From: Sphaerodactylus townsendi
Lineage: Eukaryota
DNA: 64,000 nucleotides
Assembly (NCBI RefSeq): GCF_021028975.2
Contig: NC_059433.1
Coordinates: 90,954,001 to 91,018,000 of the forward strand
Direction of reading: 5' to 3'
Position 1 is the stretch's first letter. Each line of letters begins with the position of its first letter. A program made the position numbers and the translations under genes. This document shows positions 62,830-64,000 of this stretch, in pieces. The notes beneath the pieces were generated by a model that saw nothing but the letters and a program-made list of their open reading frames with translations, had not been told where the DNA came from and did no database searches.

Positions 62830-63870
62830 GCTGCTTTTAGCAACCTCCTGCTCAAATTCTTTTGCCACATAGCTAGTTATTGACTTACATTTCTTTTGCT
62901 AGAGCTTGTGATCCCTTCTGTTCATTTTATTGGAGCACACATTCCCCTATTTGAAAGAAGCCTCAAAAAAGCCTTTTTATAGCTTCATTGACTTTGTGTT
63001 GTTAACTATGCAGCCATTCTTTTAAAATGGGCAAAGCCTTTGCTAACTAAGGAATGCATTCTACCAGAACTTCAGTTAGTGTGGTTTTAAATGGTTTGCA
63101 AGCATCCTCTGTGGATCTGACTCTCTTTTGTTTCCCTTTCAGCTTCCTTTCAACTATTACCCTCATTTTTAAAAATCAAGTTCCCAATTTTGAAAATGAA
63201 TTTTAGGAGTAACTTTCCATTGACAGGAATGGAATTGCTAATCTTAATAGCACTGCAATCACTGTTCTCGACTGGTCGAACAACCTCTCCATCACTCACC
63301 AAGTCTTAAGCCTTGCTCAGAGCAAAAACCAGGATCACAACTCTTCTGGTTGACCAACTGTGTCCAACTGTTCCAGTGTACAGTCATTAAGGATGTCTAG
63401 GAATCCCATTCTACAGCATGACTCAAACACATTTACCCACTCAATGTGAGGGTAGTTGAAGTATCCCATTATCACAACCTTATCTGCTTTAGTCTCCTGA
63501 TTTGTTTCCTTCTCCATCTTAAGGTCAGCCTCAAGGATTTGATCAGGTGGGTGATAGTATGCTCTTACTTTTAGATAACCCTGAGGGCCCAGTATTTCCA
63601 CCTATATATCTTCTGTTGGGGAGTTCATTCCCCCAATGTTTTCTACCTTATTTCATTCTATTCCCTGATTAATGTACAATGACTTTCCCCAACCTATGTC
63701 TTCCTATCCTGCCTATAGAGCTTATACTTAGAGATGACTGTATCACATAGATTTTCCCCGTTACATCATGGTTCTGAGATACATATTATATTTAAATTGT
63801 TATTGAGTACCAAGCATTCCAGCTCCCCCATCTTAGTTTGGAGACTTCTACACTGGTATATAATCTGGTT
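62830..63870 (-). mobile_element. Old CR1 LINE ORF2 endonuclease-domain remnant
   Basis: ORF 63335-63601 AYYHPPDQ...VVIMGYFNYPHIEW...FLDILNDCTLEQL matches the APE motifs YYRPP and GDFN; boundaries approximate. Confidence 0.85.
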
Positions 63871-64000
63871 CCCTCTCCAGGGATCCTTGCCTCCTTTAAC
63901 TTCCCTGTTGCCACACGTGACCCTCCTCTTGTTTTCACTAACAAGTTCTAATATGCTCCTGTCAATATTACCCTCTGCGTTTGCGTAATTGTCCCTTTGG

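Noticed and set aside
1-64000. Short ORFs in the six-frame track as host genes
   Set aside because: None resembles a protein I recognise except the LINE fragments; many use non-ATG starts and overlap repeats. A small exon could still be missed without alignment.

Overview
This is vertebrate, repeat-rich, non-coding DNA. The SINE repertoire (Squam3-like, Squam2-like and 5S-headed Sauria-tailed SINEs) points to a squamate, probably a gecko. I recognise no host protein-coding exon: the only protein-like ORFs in the track are broken LINE fragments (CR1 RT and endonuclease, L2, RTE-X), so the window is intergenic or inside a large intron. It holds many SINEs, hAT and Harbinger-like MITEs with readable TIRs/TSDs, two non-autonomous Helitron-like elements, Penelope termini carrying minimal hammerhead-ribozyme motifs, a 35-nt U2 snRNA retro-fragment and a 156-N assembly gap. 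The most unusual structure is a ~1.6-kb interstitial 166-bp satellite (38800-40425) whose monomer is largely a decayed telomeric hexamer array and which contains a head-to-head G-strand/C-strand inversion junction twice. Next is a TSD-flanked composite Penelope insertion (14292-14588) whose sense arms start at the predicted ribozyme cleavage site and which captured a foreign hAT end. No prokaryote-type system (CRISPR, operon) is present. Family names come from recall of consensus motifs and need Dfam/Repbase confirmation.
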